Shown here one piece after another: positions 49,656 to 58,818 of a DNA stretch of 64,000 nucleotides; the first letter of the stretch is position 1; each line of letters starts with the position of its first letter. Source of the stretch: an uncultured Spirochaetota bacterium (GTDB lineage: Bacteria > Spirochaetota > Spirochaetia > SZUA-6 > Fen-1364). Where the stretch lies: assembly GCA_963845535.1 (NCBI GenBank), contig CAWJSK010000001.1:96001-160000 (forward strand), written 5' to 3'. The notes beneath the pieces are model-generated. The model saw only the letters and a list, made by a program, of their open reading frames with translations, was not told the origin of the DNA and made no database searches. Position numbers and translations under genes: made by a program.

Positions 49656-51176
49656 ATGAGCAGCCCGGCCCTTCTCGTGCAGGATCTGAAGAAGCATTTC
49701 GGCGCGGTGAAGGCGAACGACGGCGTCACGCTGTCCGTTCGCCCCCGCACCATCCACGCCCTCGTGGGAGAGAACGGGGCGGGCAAGACCACCCTCGTGC
49801 GCTGCCTGTTCGGCCTGTGCAGGCCCGACAGCGGCGAGATCCGCCTGTGGGGGCAGCCCGTGCGCTTTTCCTCCCCCCTGGGCGCCCTGCGCCACGGACT
49901 TGGCATGGTGCATCAGCATTTCATGCTTGTGGACGCGTTGCGCGTTTGGGAAAACGTCGTGCTGGGGGCCGAGCGAGGCAAGGGACCCGGCCTCTCCGCC
50001 GCGGAAAACCGCGGGGCAGTGAAGGAAGTGAGCGCCCGCTACGGGCTGGACGTCGATGCTGACGCAGTGGTCGGCAACCTGCCGGTGGGCATCCAGCAGC
50101 GCGTGGAGATCCTCAAGGTGCTGTTCCGGGGGGCGCGCCTCATCATCCTGGACGAGCCCACCGCCGTGCTCACGCCGCAGGAGACCGATCGACTGTTCGA
50201 GGTCCTGCGCGCTTTGCGCGAGGACGGGTGCACGATCGTGTTCATCACGCACAAGCTCGCCGAGGTCATAGCGGTGGCGGACGAGGTGACGGTCATGCGT
50301 GACGGACGGTCAGTGGGCACGTGGCCCATCGCGCAGGTCTCGGAAAGGATGCTGGCCCACGAGATGGTCGGCCGGGACGTCAGTCTTCAGCGGGAAAAAG
50401 AGGCCGCGCACCCGGGGGCACCCGTCCTCGACCTGGAGAATCTCAGCGTCGAAAGCGTTCTCGGGGACCAGGCGCTTCACGGGGTTTCCCTGACGCTCCA
50501 CGAAGGGGAGATCGTCGGCATCGTTGGAGTGGCGGGAAACGGGCAGGACGCGCTCGTGGAGGGCATTCTCGGGTTGCGCCGCGTCACGGGAGGAGCAATC
50601 ACGCTGCGAGGCGCCGAGATCAATGATGAGCCGACCCGGCGGATGCGCGCACGCGGAGTCGGCTGCATCCCGTCGGACCGGCTGAAGATGGGGCTTGTCG
50701 CGGAGCTTTCGGTGCTGGAGAACACTCTCCTCGGGTTCGACGGGCTTCCCAAGCTGCGCGTCGGGCCGCTGTTTCGACAATCCATGCTGCGCGACCGCGC
50801 GGCAGGAGTCGTCCGGGAGTTCGACGTCAGGACAGGGTCCCTGGACGGCGCCGTCAGCCATCTTTCCGGCGGCAACCAGCAGAAGCTGATCCTCGGCCGG
50901 GAGTTGCGGGAGAACCCGGGGCTGATCATCGCGGTGCAGCCGACGCGCGGTGTGGACATCGGCGCCATCGAGTTCATCGAGGAAACCCTCCTGCAGCGTC
51001 GTCGCGAAGGCGCCGCGATCCTGCTCGTGTCGAACGAGCTAGAGGAAATACTGGCCCTCGCGGATTCGATCCTCGTCCTGTTCCGCGGCGCGGTTGCCGG
51101 CGCGGGACAGGCGGACCGCTTCACGAGGGACGAGATCGGCCTGCTGATGGCAGGAGTGGCGGAGGCTTCGAGGTGA
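49656..51176 (+). CDS. Nucleoside ABC ATPase (two ABC domains)
   Basis: GENGAGKTT, ILDEPT, LSGGNQQK, QPTRGVD. Confidence 0.95.
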   Translation: MSSPALLVQDLKKHFGAVKANDGVTLSVRPRTIHALVGENGAGKTTLVRCLFGLCRPDSGEIRLWGQPVRFSSPLGALRHGLGMVHQHFMLVDALRVWENVVLGAERGKGPGLSAAENRGAVKEVSARYGLDVDADAVVGNLPVGIQQRVEILKVLFRGARLIILDEPTAVLTPQETDRLFEVLRALREDGCTIVFITHKLAEVIAVADEVTVMRDGRSVGTWPIAQVSERMLAHEMVGRDVSLQREKEAAHPGAPVLDLENLSVESVLGDQALHGVSLTLHEGEIVGIVGVAGNGQDALVEGILGLRRVTGGAITLRGAEINDEPTRRMRARGVGCIPSDRLKMGLVAELSVLENTLLGFDGLPKLRVGPLFRQSMLRDRAAGVVREFDVRTGSLDGAVSHLSGGNQQKLILGRELRENPGLIIAVQPTRGVDIGAIEFIEETLLQRRREGAAILLVSNELEEILALADSILVLFRGAVAGAGQADRFTRDEIGLLMAGVAEASR

Positions 51177-52234
51177 GGAGCGCGCGGAAACGACCCGTAG
51201 GAGAAGCGATCTCGTTCGCGCTTCCCCCGCTCATAGCGGTGACCGGGGCCCTTGCACTAGGCGCCGTTCTCATCCTCCTCATCGGGGAGAACCCCCTGGC
51301 GGCCTACGCCGCAATGGTCAAAGGCGCGTTCGGGGACGGAGCAGCGTGGGCGGACACCCTGGAGAAAGCGACCCCCTACGTGTATGGAGGCCTCGCTTTT
51401 CTCCTGACGGCCCGGGCGGGAGTCTTCAATATCGGCATCGAAGGCCAGATGTACGTAGGGGCAATGGCTGCCGGCATCCTCGGTTTCCTGGTGAAAGGGT
51501 TGCCCCCCATCCTCCACGTACCCCTGTCGCTTGCCGGGGCCGCCGCCGCAGCGGCTGCCTACGGATACATCCCGGCTGTCCTGAAGATCAGGCGCAACGT
51601 GCACGAGGTCGTCTCCACGACAATGCTGAACTACATCGCCTACGCGGGGACCGCATATCTCACCGTCCACGTCTTCGCGGACCCGGGAGCGGTGGCGCAG
51701 ACGCATCCCATCCTCCCCTCGTCCGCCCTGCCGCTTCTTGCGGCGCCCTCGCGGGTGAATGCGGGCCTGATCATCGGCGTCGTGCTCGCCCTCGCACTCT
51801 GGGCATGGCTGTATCGCGCTCCCGGGGGCTTTCGTCTGCGGGTGACGGGATTGAACCGGAGCGCCGCCGGCTATGCCGGCATCGATGCCGGCCGGGTCGT
51901 TCTTTTTGCTTTCCTGGCAAGCGGAGCGTTCGCCGGCCTCATGGGAGCCGAGCGTGTGCTCGGCGTCTACGGCAGGTACATCCACTCCTTCTCACCCGGC
52001 TACGGCTTCACGTGCATCGCCGTGGCGCTTCTTGCGGCGAACAATCCCGCGGCGGTGATCCCGTCCGCGGTTCTTTTCGGCGCGCTGGAAAACGGCGGCT
52101 CCGCCATGTCTCTGATGGTCAATGTGCCGCGGGAGCTGGGCATGATCCTGGAAGCCCTCATCATCGTGTTCATTGCGGGGGAAAGCCTTCTGCGGGGGTG
52201 GGCGCGCAGACTCTCCCAGCGGGGGGTCGCGTGA
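51173..52234 (+). CDS. Nucleoside ABC permease 1
   Basis: FNIGIEGQ, HEVVSTTMLNY, GYGF..IAVALL. Confidence 0.92.
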   Translation: MRSARKRPVGEAISFALPPLIAVTGALALGAVLILLIGENPLAAYAAMVKGAFGDGAAWADTLEKATPYVYGGLAFLLTARAGVFNIGIEGQMYVGAMAAGILGFLVKGLPPILHVPLSLAGAAAAAAAYGYIPAVLKIRRNVHEVVSTTMLNYIAYAGTAYLTVHVFADPGAVAQTHPILPSSALPLLAAPSRVNAGLIIGVVLALALWAWLYRAPGGFRLRVTGLNRSAAGYAGIDAGRVVLFAFLASGAFAGLMGAERVLGVYGRYIHSFSPGYGFTCIAVALLAANNPAAVIPSAVLFGALENGGSAMSLMVNVPRELGMILEALIIVFIAGESLLRGWARRLSQRGVA

Positions 52235-53151
52235 TGCAGCTGATCTCTGCCACGATCCTGCAGACAGCCATCGCCATCGCCACGCCGCTTTTCATCGGCG
52301 CGTTGGGCGGCCTGTACTGCGAGCGTGTCGGCGTGGTGAACGTGGGCCTGGATGGGATCATGCTCATGGGCGCATTCGCCGCCGCGGTTGTTTCCTACGC
52401 CACCGGCTCGGCCTGGATCGGCGTGATGGCCGGGTGCGCGGCAGGGGCGCTTCTGGGGCTCCTTCATGCCCTGGTATGCGTGACCTTCAAGGCTGACCAC
52501 GTCATCTCGGGGGTCGCAATCAACATCATGTCCTCCAGCGCGACCCTGTTCCTGCTCCAGTACCTCTTCCACAACAAGGGGCAGTCTCCGGCCGCGCCGC
52601 AGGTAGGGTCGCTGGGAAGCGCGGTGACGGGGATACCTCTGGTGGGGGTCCTGTTTCAGAACATGAACGGCATCACGCTGCTCGGGCTGTTCCTGGTTGC
52701 GGCAAGCCACCTGTTCATCACCCGCACGAAAATCGGGCTGCGGCTGCGCTCTGTCGGGGAAAACCCGTACGCCGCGCAATCGCTGGGTATTCCCGTGAGG
52801 AAGTACATGTACCTGAGCGTCATGGCCGGATGCGCCATGACCGGGCTTGGCGGCGCGTTTCTCTCCATCGGGATGCTCAATGTCTTCACGAAAAACATGA
52901 CCGCGGGCCGGGGATACATCGCCCTTGCGGCGCTCGTCGTTGGCCGTTGGAAGCCGTTCGGGCTCCTGGCGGCAGCGCTCCTTTTCGGGTACGTGTCGGC
53001 GTGGCAGATGAGCCTCGGGGGATTTGCGTTGCCCGCGCAGCTCATCGAAGCCATTCCGTACGCCGCCGCGGTAATCATGCTCGCGTTCGTTTCGCGCCGC
53101 GCTTTCGGACCGGCGCATTCAGGAAAGAGATTCTCGCCTGACGAGAACTGA
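52234..53151 (+). CDS. Nucleoside ABC permease 2
   Basis: ERVGVVNVGLDGIML, LRSVGENP, TAGRGYIALAA; start at 52231 or 52234. Confidence 0.92.
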   Translation: MQLISATILQTAIAIATPLFIGALGGLYCERVGVVNVGLDGIMLMGAFAAAVVSYATGSAWIGVMAGCAAGALLGLLHALVCVTFKADHVISGVAINIMSSSATLFLLQYLFHNKGQSPAAPQVGSLGSAVTGIPLVGVLFQNMNGITLLGLFLVAASHLFITRTKIGLRLRSVGENPYAAQSLGIPVRKYMYLSVMAGCAMTGLGGAFLSIGMLNVFTKNMTAGRGYIALAALVVGRWKPFGLLAAALLFGYVSAWQMSLGGFALPAQLIEAIPYAAAVIMLAFVSRRAFGPAHSGKRFSPDEN

Positions 53152-53171
53152 TGAACATTGGAGGGAACACC

Positions 53172-53951
53172 ATGGCCACGCTGGACAAGAAGCAGGTGAC
53201 GCAGGGCAGGCCCCAGTACCATATCCATCTGAAGCCCGGAGACGTCGGCAAGTACGTGCTCCTGCCCGGAGACCCCGCCCGAAGCGACAGGGTGGCGAAG
53301 TCCCTGGAAAACCCGGTGCTCCTGGCCCAGCACCGGGAGTATCGAACGTACACGGGAATGTACAAGGGCGTGCGCGTCTCCGTCACCTCGACCGGCATCG
53401 GCTGCCCGTCCGCGTCCATCGCCGTGGAGGAGCTCGCCAACATCGGAGCCACGTGCTTCATCCGCATCGGAAGCTCGGCGGCGCTCCAGCAAGGGATCAG
53501 CATCGGGGACCTGCTCATCTCCACGGGCTCCATGAAGAACGAAGGGACCTCCCGGTTCTACGTGCCCGATTGCTTCCCCGCCGTGCCGGATTTCGAGCTG
53601 ACGCGGCATCTCGTGGACACTGCCCGGCGCATGGAGCCGGATCTGCGCGTCGCGGTCCATACGGGGATCTGCGCCTCCGACGACAGCTTCTACGGAGAAA
53701 CGCGGGAGTGGATCGAGAAGCTTTCCGCCCTGGGCGTCATGAACGTGGAGATGGAGTCTTCGGCAATCTTCACCGTGGCCCAGCAGCGGCGGCTGCGCGC
53801 GGCCTCCATCTGCGCGGCATCGGGGAACCTCGTCACGGGGGAGGTCGTCTACGAGACCGAGAACACGCGACTTGCCGACGGCTGGGACAAGGAGATCAGT
53901 GTGGTGCTGGAGGCCATCGCGTCCTTCGAAAAAGCCTGGCCGCAGGGATAG
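53172..53951 (+). CDS. udp: Uridine/nucleoside phosphorylase
   Basis: QYHIHL, LLPGDPAR, STGIGCPSASIAVEEL, IRIGS, EMES. Confidence 0.88.
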   Translation: MATLDKKQVTQGRPQYHIHLKPGDVGKYVLLPGDPARSDRVAKSLENPVLLAQHREYRTYTGMYKGVRVSVTSTGIGCPSASIAVEELANIGATCFIRIGSSAALQQGISIGDLLISTGSMKNEGTSRFYVPDCFPAVPDFELTRHLVDTARRMEPDLRVAVHTGICASDDSFYGETREWIEKLSALGVMNVEMESSAIFTVAQQRRLRAASICAASGNLVTGEVVYETENTRLADGWDKEISVVLEAIASFEKAWPQG

Positions 53952-53985
53952 CAACCGCGGAGCCTCGCGCCGATCGCGCTATTCC

Positions 53986-54002
53986 ATCAATCACTTGACC
54001 AA
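53986..54002 (+). promoter_or_regulatory. TetR operator copy 1 overlapping a -35 box
   Basis: ATCAATCACTTGACCAA, identical to 54705-54721; TCAA-N4-TTGA dyad. Confidence 0.75.
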
Positions 54003-54050
54003 CTACTAAGAACTGCGTACTATTGCTCAAAGGAGCGTACGACCCAGCTC

Positions 54051-54692
54051 ATGAAAACCACGGTGAGAAAGGTGACGAAGAAGCGCCAGCATCACACGCT
54101 GCAGGGCGAAGTCCAGAAGGAGAGGCTGGTGGACGCGGCGTACGACATCATTGCCGAACAGGGGTTCGAGGGCCTGCGCACCAGGGACGTCGCGTTGCGC
54201 GCCGCTGTCAACATTTCGACGCTCCACTACTACTTCGAGTCCAAGGAAGACCTCGTGCGGAGCGTCGCCCGGAGGCTTCTTTCCGAGTTCAAGGCCATGC
54301 CGGACCCCGAGGCCGCGCCAATGAACGCCGTGGAAAAGCTTCACAAGACCCTGTCTGACCAGGACGCGCTGATGAGCACGCACCCGTCCACGTACGTCGT
54401 GGTGAACGAGCTTTTCACACGCTCGCTGCGGGACGCGAAGCTGCGGCCCGTGGTGAAGGAACTCCTGGGGCAATGGGAGGACCATTTCCGATCATTCGTG
54501 ACGCAGGGGGTCCGGGACGGGCAGATCACTCCTGATTCCGACGCCCGTGTCACGGCGCGGACGCTGCAGTGCCTGATGCTCGGCAGGAGCCTCTTGACCC
54601 TCCTGAGAGGGGAGGACCTTCCCCGGGACGCGATGTTCCGCCAGCTTCTGCGGTGGCTGTCACCGGGCAGGGACACGACGAAGATCGGCTGA
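54051..54692 (+). CDS. TetR family regulator
   Basis: LVDAAYDIIAEQGFEGLRTRDVALRAAVNISTLHYYFESKEDL. Confidence 0.92.
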   Translation: MKTTVRKVTKKRQHHTLQGEVQKERLVDAAYDIIAEQGFEGLRTRDVALRAAVNISTLHYYFESKEDLVRSVARRLLSEFKAMPDPEAAPMNAVEKLHKTLSDQDALMSTHPSTYVVVNELFTRSLRDAKLRPVVKELLGQWEDHFRSFVTQGVRDGQITPDSDARVTARTLQCLMLGRSLLTLLRGEDLPRDAMFRQLLRWLSPGRDTTKIG

Positions 54693-54704
54693 GTCGATAA
54701 TTCA

Positions 54705-54721
54705 ATCAATCACTTGACCAA
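54705..54721 (+). promoter_or_regulatory. TetR operator copy 2 upstream of the ADH gene
   Basis: ATCAATCACTTGACCAA, exact 17-bp repeat. Confidence 0.75.
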
Positions 54722-54784
54722 ATCTCAAGAATCGAATACCATCGACGTGTCTAGCCAGTCAGGTGTCGAAGGGGAGGTTGTTTC

Positions 54785-55792
54785 ATGGCAATGATGAAAG
54801 CGATTCAGGTAAAGGCACCGGGAGCCGATTTCGAGCTGGTGGAGAAGGAAATTCCCGAGCCGAAGTCCAACGAGGTCCTGATCAAGGTCGAGGCCTGCGG
54901 CGTGTGCCACGGGGACGTCCTGGCCCGGGAAGGGCACTACCCCGGCATCACCTACCCGCGGACTCCCGGCCACGAAGTGGTGGGCGTCATCGAGAAGCTC
55001 GGATCCGCGGTGGCCGGCTGGAAGGTGGGCCAGCGCGTGGGGGTGGGCTGGCATGGCGGGCACTGTTTCCAGTGCAGCGCATGCCGTAGGGGTGACTATT
55101 GGGCCTGTGAGAACTCGCTGACAACCGGATTGTCCGCGGATGGTGGATACGCGGAGTACATGGTGGCACGCTCCGAAGTGCTTTCCGTCATTCCGAAGGA
55201 GCTCGGTTCCGTGGAAGCGGCGCCCATCATCTGCGCCGGCCGCACCACTTTCGGCGCGCTGAAAGGGTGCGGAGCGAAGGGCGGAGACCTCGTTGCAATC
55301 CACGGCTTCGGCGGCCTGGGGCACCTTGCCGTCCAGTACGCCGCAAAGCTCGGCTTCAGGACCGTGGTCCTTTCCCGCGGGAAAGACAAGGAAGCCCTGG
55401 CCCGCACGCTGGGCGCTCAGGACTACATCGACACGACGACGGCTGACGTTGCCAAGGAGCTGCGGGCCAGGGGCGGTGCGCAGGCAATCCTCTGCACGGC
55501 GCCGAGCGGAAAGGGAATCTCCGAGCTTCTGGGGGGGCTCAAGGGAGGCGGCCAGGCCCTGGTCATCACGGCTCCCAACGACCCGATCGTTATCCCTCCG
55601 TTCGTTCTCCTGGGGGGCGGACGCGGGATCAGGGGCTGGGTGGGGGGAAGCGTTGACGAGGCGTTGGAGTTCAGCACGTTTGCCAAGGTCACCCCCATGG
55701 TGGAAGTGTTTCCCCTCGAGAAAGCCGCCGAAGCGTTCGAACGGATGATGAGCGCAAAAGTGCATTTCCGCGCGGTCCTGAAAATGACCTGA
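54785..55792 (+). CDS. Zn-dependent alcohol dehydrogenase
   Basis: CGVCHGD, GHEVVG, C..C..C.......C structural Zn site, GFGGLG. Confidence 0.94.
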   Translation: MAMMKAIQVKAPGADFELVEKEIPEPKSNEVLIKVEACGVCHGDVLAREGHYPGITYPRTPGHEVVGVIEKLGSAVAGWKVGQRVGVGWHGGHCFQCSACRRGDYWACENSLTTGLSADGGYAEYMVARSEVLSVIPKELGSVEAAPIICAGRTTFGALKGCGAKGGDLVAIHGFGGLGHLAVQYAAKLGFRTVVLSRGKDKEALARTLGAQDYIDTTTADVAKELRARGGAQAILCTAPSGKGISELLGGLKGGGQALVITAPNDPIVIPPFVLLGGGRGIRGWVGGSVDEALEFSTFAKVTPMVEVFPLEKAAEAFERMMSAKVHFRAVLKMT

Positions 55793-55802
55793 GGAGGTCG
55801 AT

Positions 55803-56513
55803 ATGAGCGATGTGCTGGAGCAGATCAAACAGAGGCAATCCGACAGGGTCCCTTTTGACGAAGGACGCAAAGTTTCTCGGGAGGACCTGGGGAAGATCCT
55901 GGAAGCGGGAAACTGGGCGCCCACAGCGCACAACATGCAGAACTTCGAGGTTGTCGTTGTGGACGATAAAAAAACCCTGAACGAGATTGCCGCAATCCGG
56001 CGCCCGATTTCGGAGGATTTCGTCCGGGAGAACTACAAGCAGCTTTCCTTCTCTGAGGATGAGTTGGTAAAGAAGAAGGCAGGGCTCCTGGGCGCCATGT
56101 TCCCTCCGTTCATGAGAACTCCCGGCGCAGAGATCCCGAAGGAAGGCGCGCCGGCGTCCCTGCCTGCTCCTGTTCTTCTGGTGGTTTTGTATGATCCCGA
56201 GCGCAGGGCTCCTGCATCGGAGGGAGATTTCCTGGGGATCATCAGCCTCGGCTGCGTCATGGAGAACATGTGGCTGGAAGCAAAATCGCTGGGGATCGGC
56301 TTTCACATCGTGAGCGCCTTCAGCGCTCCCGACATCGCGAAGGAGATCAGTCACATCCTCGGGATTCCCGCTCATCTGCGGATTGCCTTCAGCTGCCGCA
56401 TCGGGTACCCCGCCGCGGCCCCTGGCAAATACCTGCGGGTTCGCCGGGACATCGAGGACTTTACGTACAAGAACCGATACGGCTCTGCGTTGGGGGGTAC
56501 CCCTATTCTTTGA
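55803..56513 (+). CDS. Nitroreductase family protein
   Basis: ILEAGNWAPTAHNMQNF, ENMWLEAKSLGIG, IGYP. Confidence 0.9.
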   Translation: MSDVLEQIKQRQSDRVPFDEGRKVSREDLGKILEAGNWAPTAHNMQNFEVVVVDDKKTLNEIAAIRRPISEDFVRENYKQLSFSEDELVKKKAGLLGAMFPPFMRTPGAEIPKEGAPASLPAPVLLVVLYDPERRAPASEGDFLGIISLGCVMENMWLEAKSLGIGFHIVSAFSAPDIAKEISHILGIPAHLRIAFSCRIGYPAAAPGKYLRVRRDIEDFTYKNRYGSALGGTPIL

Positions 56514-56662
56514 TCGAGCCCGCCATGAGTCCGGCGGCAATGGAGCGCTGGGCAAAGGTGAGGAGAAATGCCGCGGGAATGGAGGCGATCACCGCGGTTG
56601 CCATCACTTCGTTCCACTGCTGGCTGAAATCCCCGATGAACTTGAACAGTCCCAGGGTGATG
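56503..56662 (-). pseudogene. C-terminal fragment of a carbohydrate ABC permease (MalG-like)
   Basis: PITLGLFKFIG....WNEVMATAVIASIP......AQR.IAAGLMAGSIKE*. Confidence 0.75.
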
Positions 56663-56960
56663 GGTACCTCCCGGGTTTGTATCAACTCGCGCTCGCAAGA
56701 GTCAACAATTGGAGAATGCCGGCGTCGACTCGAACGGTACGGCGACGCAGAAACGTTGGCCGGAAATCCGGGAATTATTGTTGACTTTCCCGCCGGATGC
56801 GCGTACGCTCATTGCTGTCAATCGGACCTTTCCGATTCTACCACTGAGGAACACCCGACCGGACAGCGGTATCCTATTGGAGATCTGGCATGTTCGCTCC
56901 TGAGACGGTTAGAAGCGAAGGGCGATGGGCGAAGATGCACACGACTCCAAGGAGGAGCAC

Positions 56961-57251
56961 ATGAACAAGAAACTTTATGTCGGCGGGCTTGCGTATTCGG
57001 TCACGGATTCCCAGCTCCAGCAGCTTTTTGCCAGCCACGGGAACGTGGAATCGGCAAAGGTCATCACGGACCGGGAAACCAACCGCTCACGCGGGTTCGG
57101 ATTTGTCGAGATGGGGACCCAGGAAGAAGCTGAGAAGGCAATTGCCGCCCTGAACGGCACCTTGCTTGACGGAAGAAACCTTACCGTGAACATGTCGAAG
57201 CCCCGTGAGGAATCCCGAGGCGGCGGCGGATACAACCGCGACCGGTACTAA
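56961..57251 (+). CDS. RRM (RNP-1) RNA-binding protein with Gly-rich tail
   Basis: KLYVGGL (RNP2), SRGFGFVEM (RNP1); RBS AAGGAGG; promoter TTGACT-17-TACGCT at 56781-56809. Confidence 0.95.
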   Translation: MNKKLYVGGLAYSVTDSQLQQLFASHGNVESAKVITDRETNRSRGFGFVEMGTQEEAEKAIAALNGTLLDGRNLTVNMSKPREESRGGGGYNRDRY

Positions 57252-57273
57252 ATCCAGAAAATAGCACAGGCTT

Positions 57274-57312
57274 AAAAAGAGAGGGGGGCTGGTCGGCCCC
57301 CCTCTTCTTTTT
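57274..57312. terminator. Bidirectional intrinsic terminator
   Basis: AAAAAGAGAGGGGGGC...GCCCCCCTCTTCTTTTT hairpin between convergent genes. Confidence 0.8.
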
Positions 57313-57328
57313 AGCTCATCGTGAGCCA

Positions 57329-58441
57329 TCAGGTCTCCACTTTCTGCCGGGGAATGCGTCGGCCAAGGGCGCGTTCGATTGCGCCGAAGCTCTTCTCTTC
57401 CTCGGGAGAGACGAGCGTATACGCGTCCCCGGTGAGCTTTGCGCGCGCCGTTCGGCCGACCCTGTGGATGTAGTCCTCGGGCTGGTTCGGCACGTCGAAG
57501 TTGACCACGGATCCCAACGCCTCGACGTCAATTCCGCGCGCAGCGATGTCGGTTGCCACGAGGACCTGGAACCTGCCTTGCTTGAATCCGCTCAGCGCGG
57601 CCGTGCGTTGCGACTGGCTGCGGTTGCCGTGGATCCTCGCGCAGGGAACGCCGTTCTTGTCAAGAAACTCGGCGAGCCTGTTCGCCCTGTGCTTGGTGCG
57701 CGTGAACACCAGGACACTTCCGGAAATGCCCTTTGCCAGCAGCTTGAGGAAGAGCTGAGACTTGCCCTGGGCGGGAACGGCAAACACGGAGTGCGTGATC
57801 CCGACGGCCGCCGCGGGTTTCCTGTCGATATTGAGCCGCACCGGGTTGCGCAGCATTTCTCGTGAGAGCGTGATGATGGCGGGCGGGAGCGTGGCGGAGA
57901 AGAAAAACGTCTGTCTTTCCTTCGGCACGCGCGCCAGGACGCGCTTGACGTCAGGGAGGAAACCCATGTCGAGCATCCTGTCAGCTTCATCGATCACAAG
58001 GAACTCTACGAAGGACAGGTCGGCGTAGCTGTTGCGCATGTGGTCAAGGAGCCTGCCCGGGCAGGCAACGAGCATGTCCACGCCTTTTCGAAACGCGCGT
58101 TCCTGGGCGCCCATCGCAACGCCTCCGTGCACGGCGGCGCAACTCAGGCGGGTGCCGCGCGCGAGCAGTCGAAAATGCTCGACGATCTGCGCGGCAAGCT
58201 CCCGTGTCGGGGCAATCACGAGCGCCCGTGTCGCTCCGCGCTGCATGGTGAGCAGGCGATTCATGATGGGAAGGAGGAAAGCTGCGGTTTTGCCGCTTCC
58301 GGTCTCCGCGCTGGCCAGGATGTCGCGCCCTTCGAGGGCGGGCGGGATGGCTTCACGCTGGATGGGGGTCGGTTGATCGAACCCTGTGAGGCGCACGGAA
58401 GCCTGCAGCTCCTGTGCAAGAGAGAAATCTGAGAAAGTCAT
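57329..58441 (-). CDS. DEAD-box RNA helicase (RhlE-like)
   Basis: PTPIQ, AETGSGKT, PTRELA, DEAD, SAT, ARGID, HRVGRTAR; start ATG 58441; promoter TTGACA-17-TACAGT at 58701-58673. Confidence 0.95.
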   Translation of the reverse strand: MTFSDFSLAQELQASVRLTGFDQPTPIQREAIPPALEGRDILASAETGSGKTAAFLLPIMNRLLTMQRGATRALVIAPTRELAAQIVEHFRLLARGTRLSCAAVHGGVAMGAQERAFRKGVDMLVACPGRLLDHMRNSYADLSFVEFLVIDEADRMLDMGFLPDVKRVLARVPKERQTFFFSATLPPAIITLSREMLRNPVRLNIDRKPAAAVGITHSVFAVPAQGKSQLFLKLLAKGISGSVLVFTRTKHRANRLAEFLDKNGVPCARIHGNRSQSQRTAALSGFKQGRFQVLVATDIAARGIDVEALGSVVNFDVPNQPEDYIHRVGRTARAKLTGDAYTLVSPEEEKSFGAIERALGRRIPRQKVET

Positions 58442-58818
58442 TGTGTTCCTTACTACCGGGATGTCGTTGTACGCGAGTACGCGTTCCGCGCGAACGCGGT
58501 ACGCGAGCTTTCGCTTTCCGCCCAAACGCGGTCATGAAATCCGGTCGTATCCGGCAGGTTGTGAGTGCAATTTCGGAGGAGTCGCCGGTGAGGCCGCCGC
58601 GAGGACTTTTATGCCCTGTTCACTCGTTCGTATACCGCCAAGCTTCGTAACACGACCGCCTGACGTATGACAACTGTACACAAATACGATGGGAGTGTCA
58701 AAGGCCCTGTAAGGGCAATCTCGCGCGCCGCTGCCGCGGAATGTCCCGGGAACCGCAAAAAACAGTTGCCTAATAATTTTAAGCACTATATCTTGTAAAG
58801 AAGTAAGGAGAGAGATTG

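Noticed and set aside
48303..50252. Long antisense ORFs (e.g. 48303-50252, 34514-36157, 25723-27510, 39281-40672)
   Set aside because: Antisense shadows of well-supported genes, typical of high-GC DNA
56710..56737. TGGAGAATGCCGGCGTCGACTCGAAC as a tRNA-Ala/tmRNA 3' remnant on the minus strand
   Set aside because: T-arm spacing and pairing do not fit; too short to support
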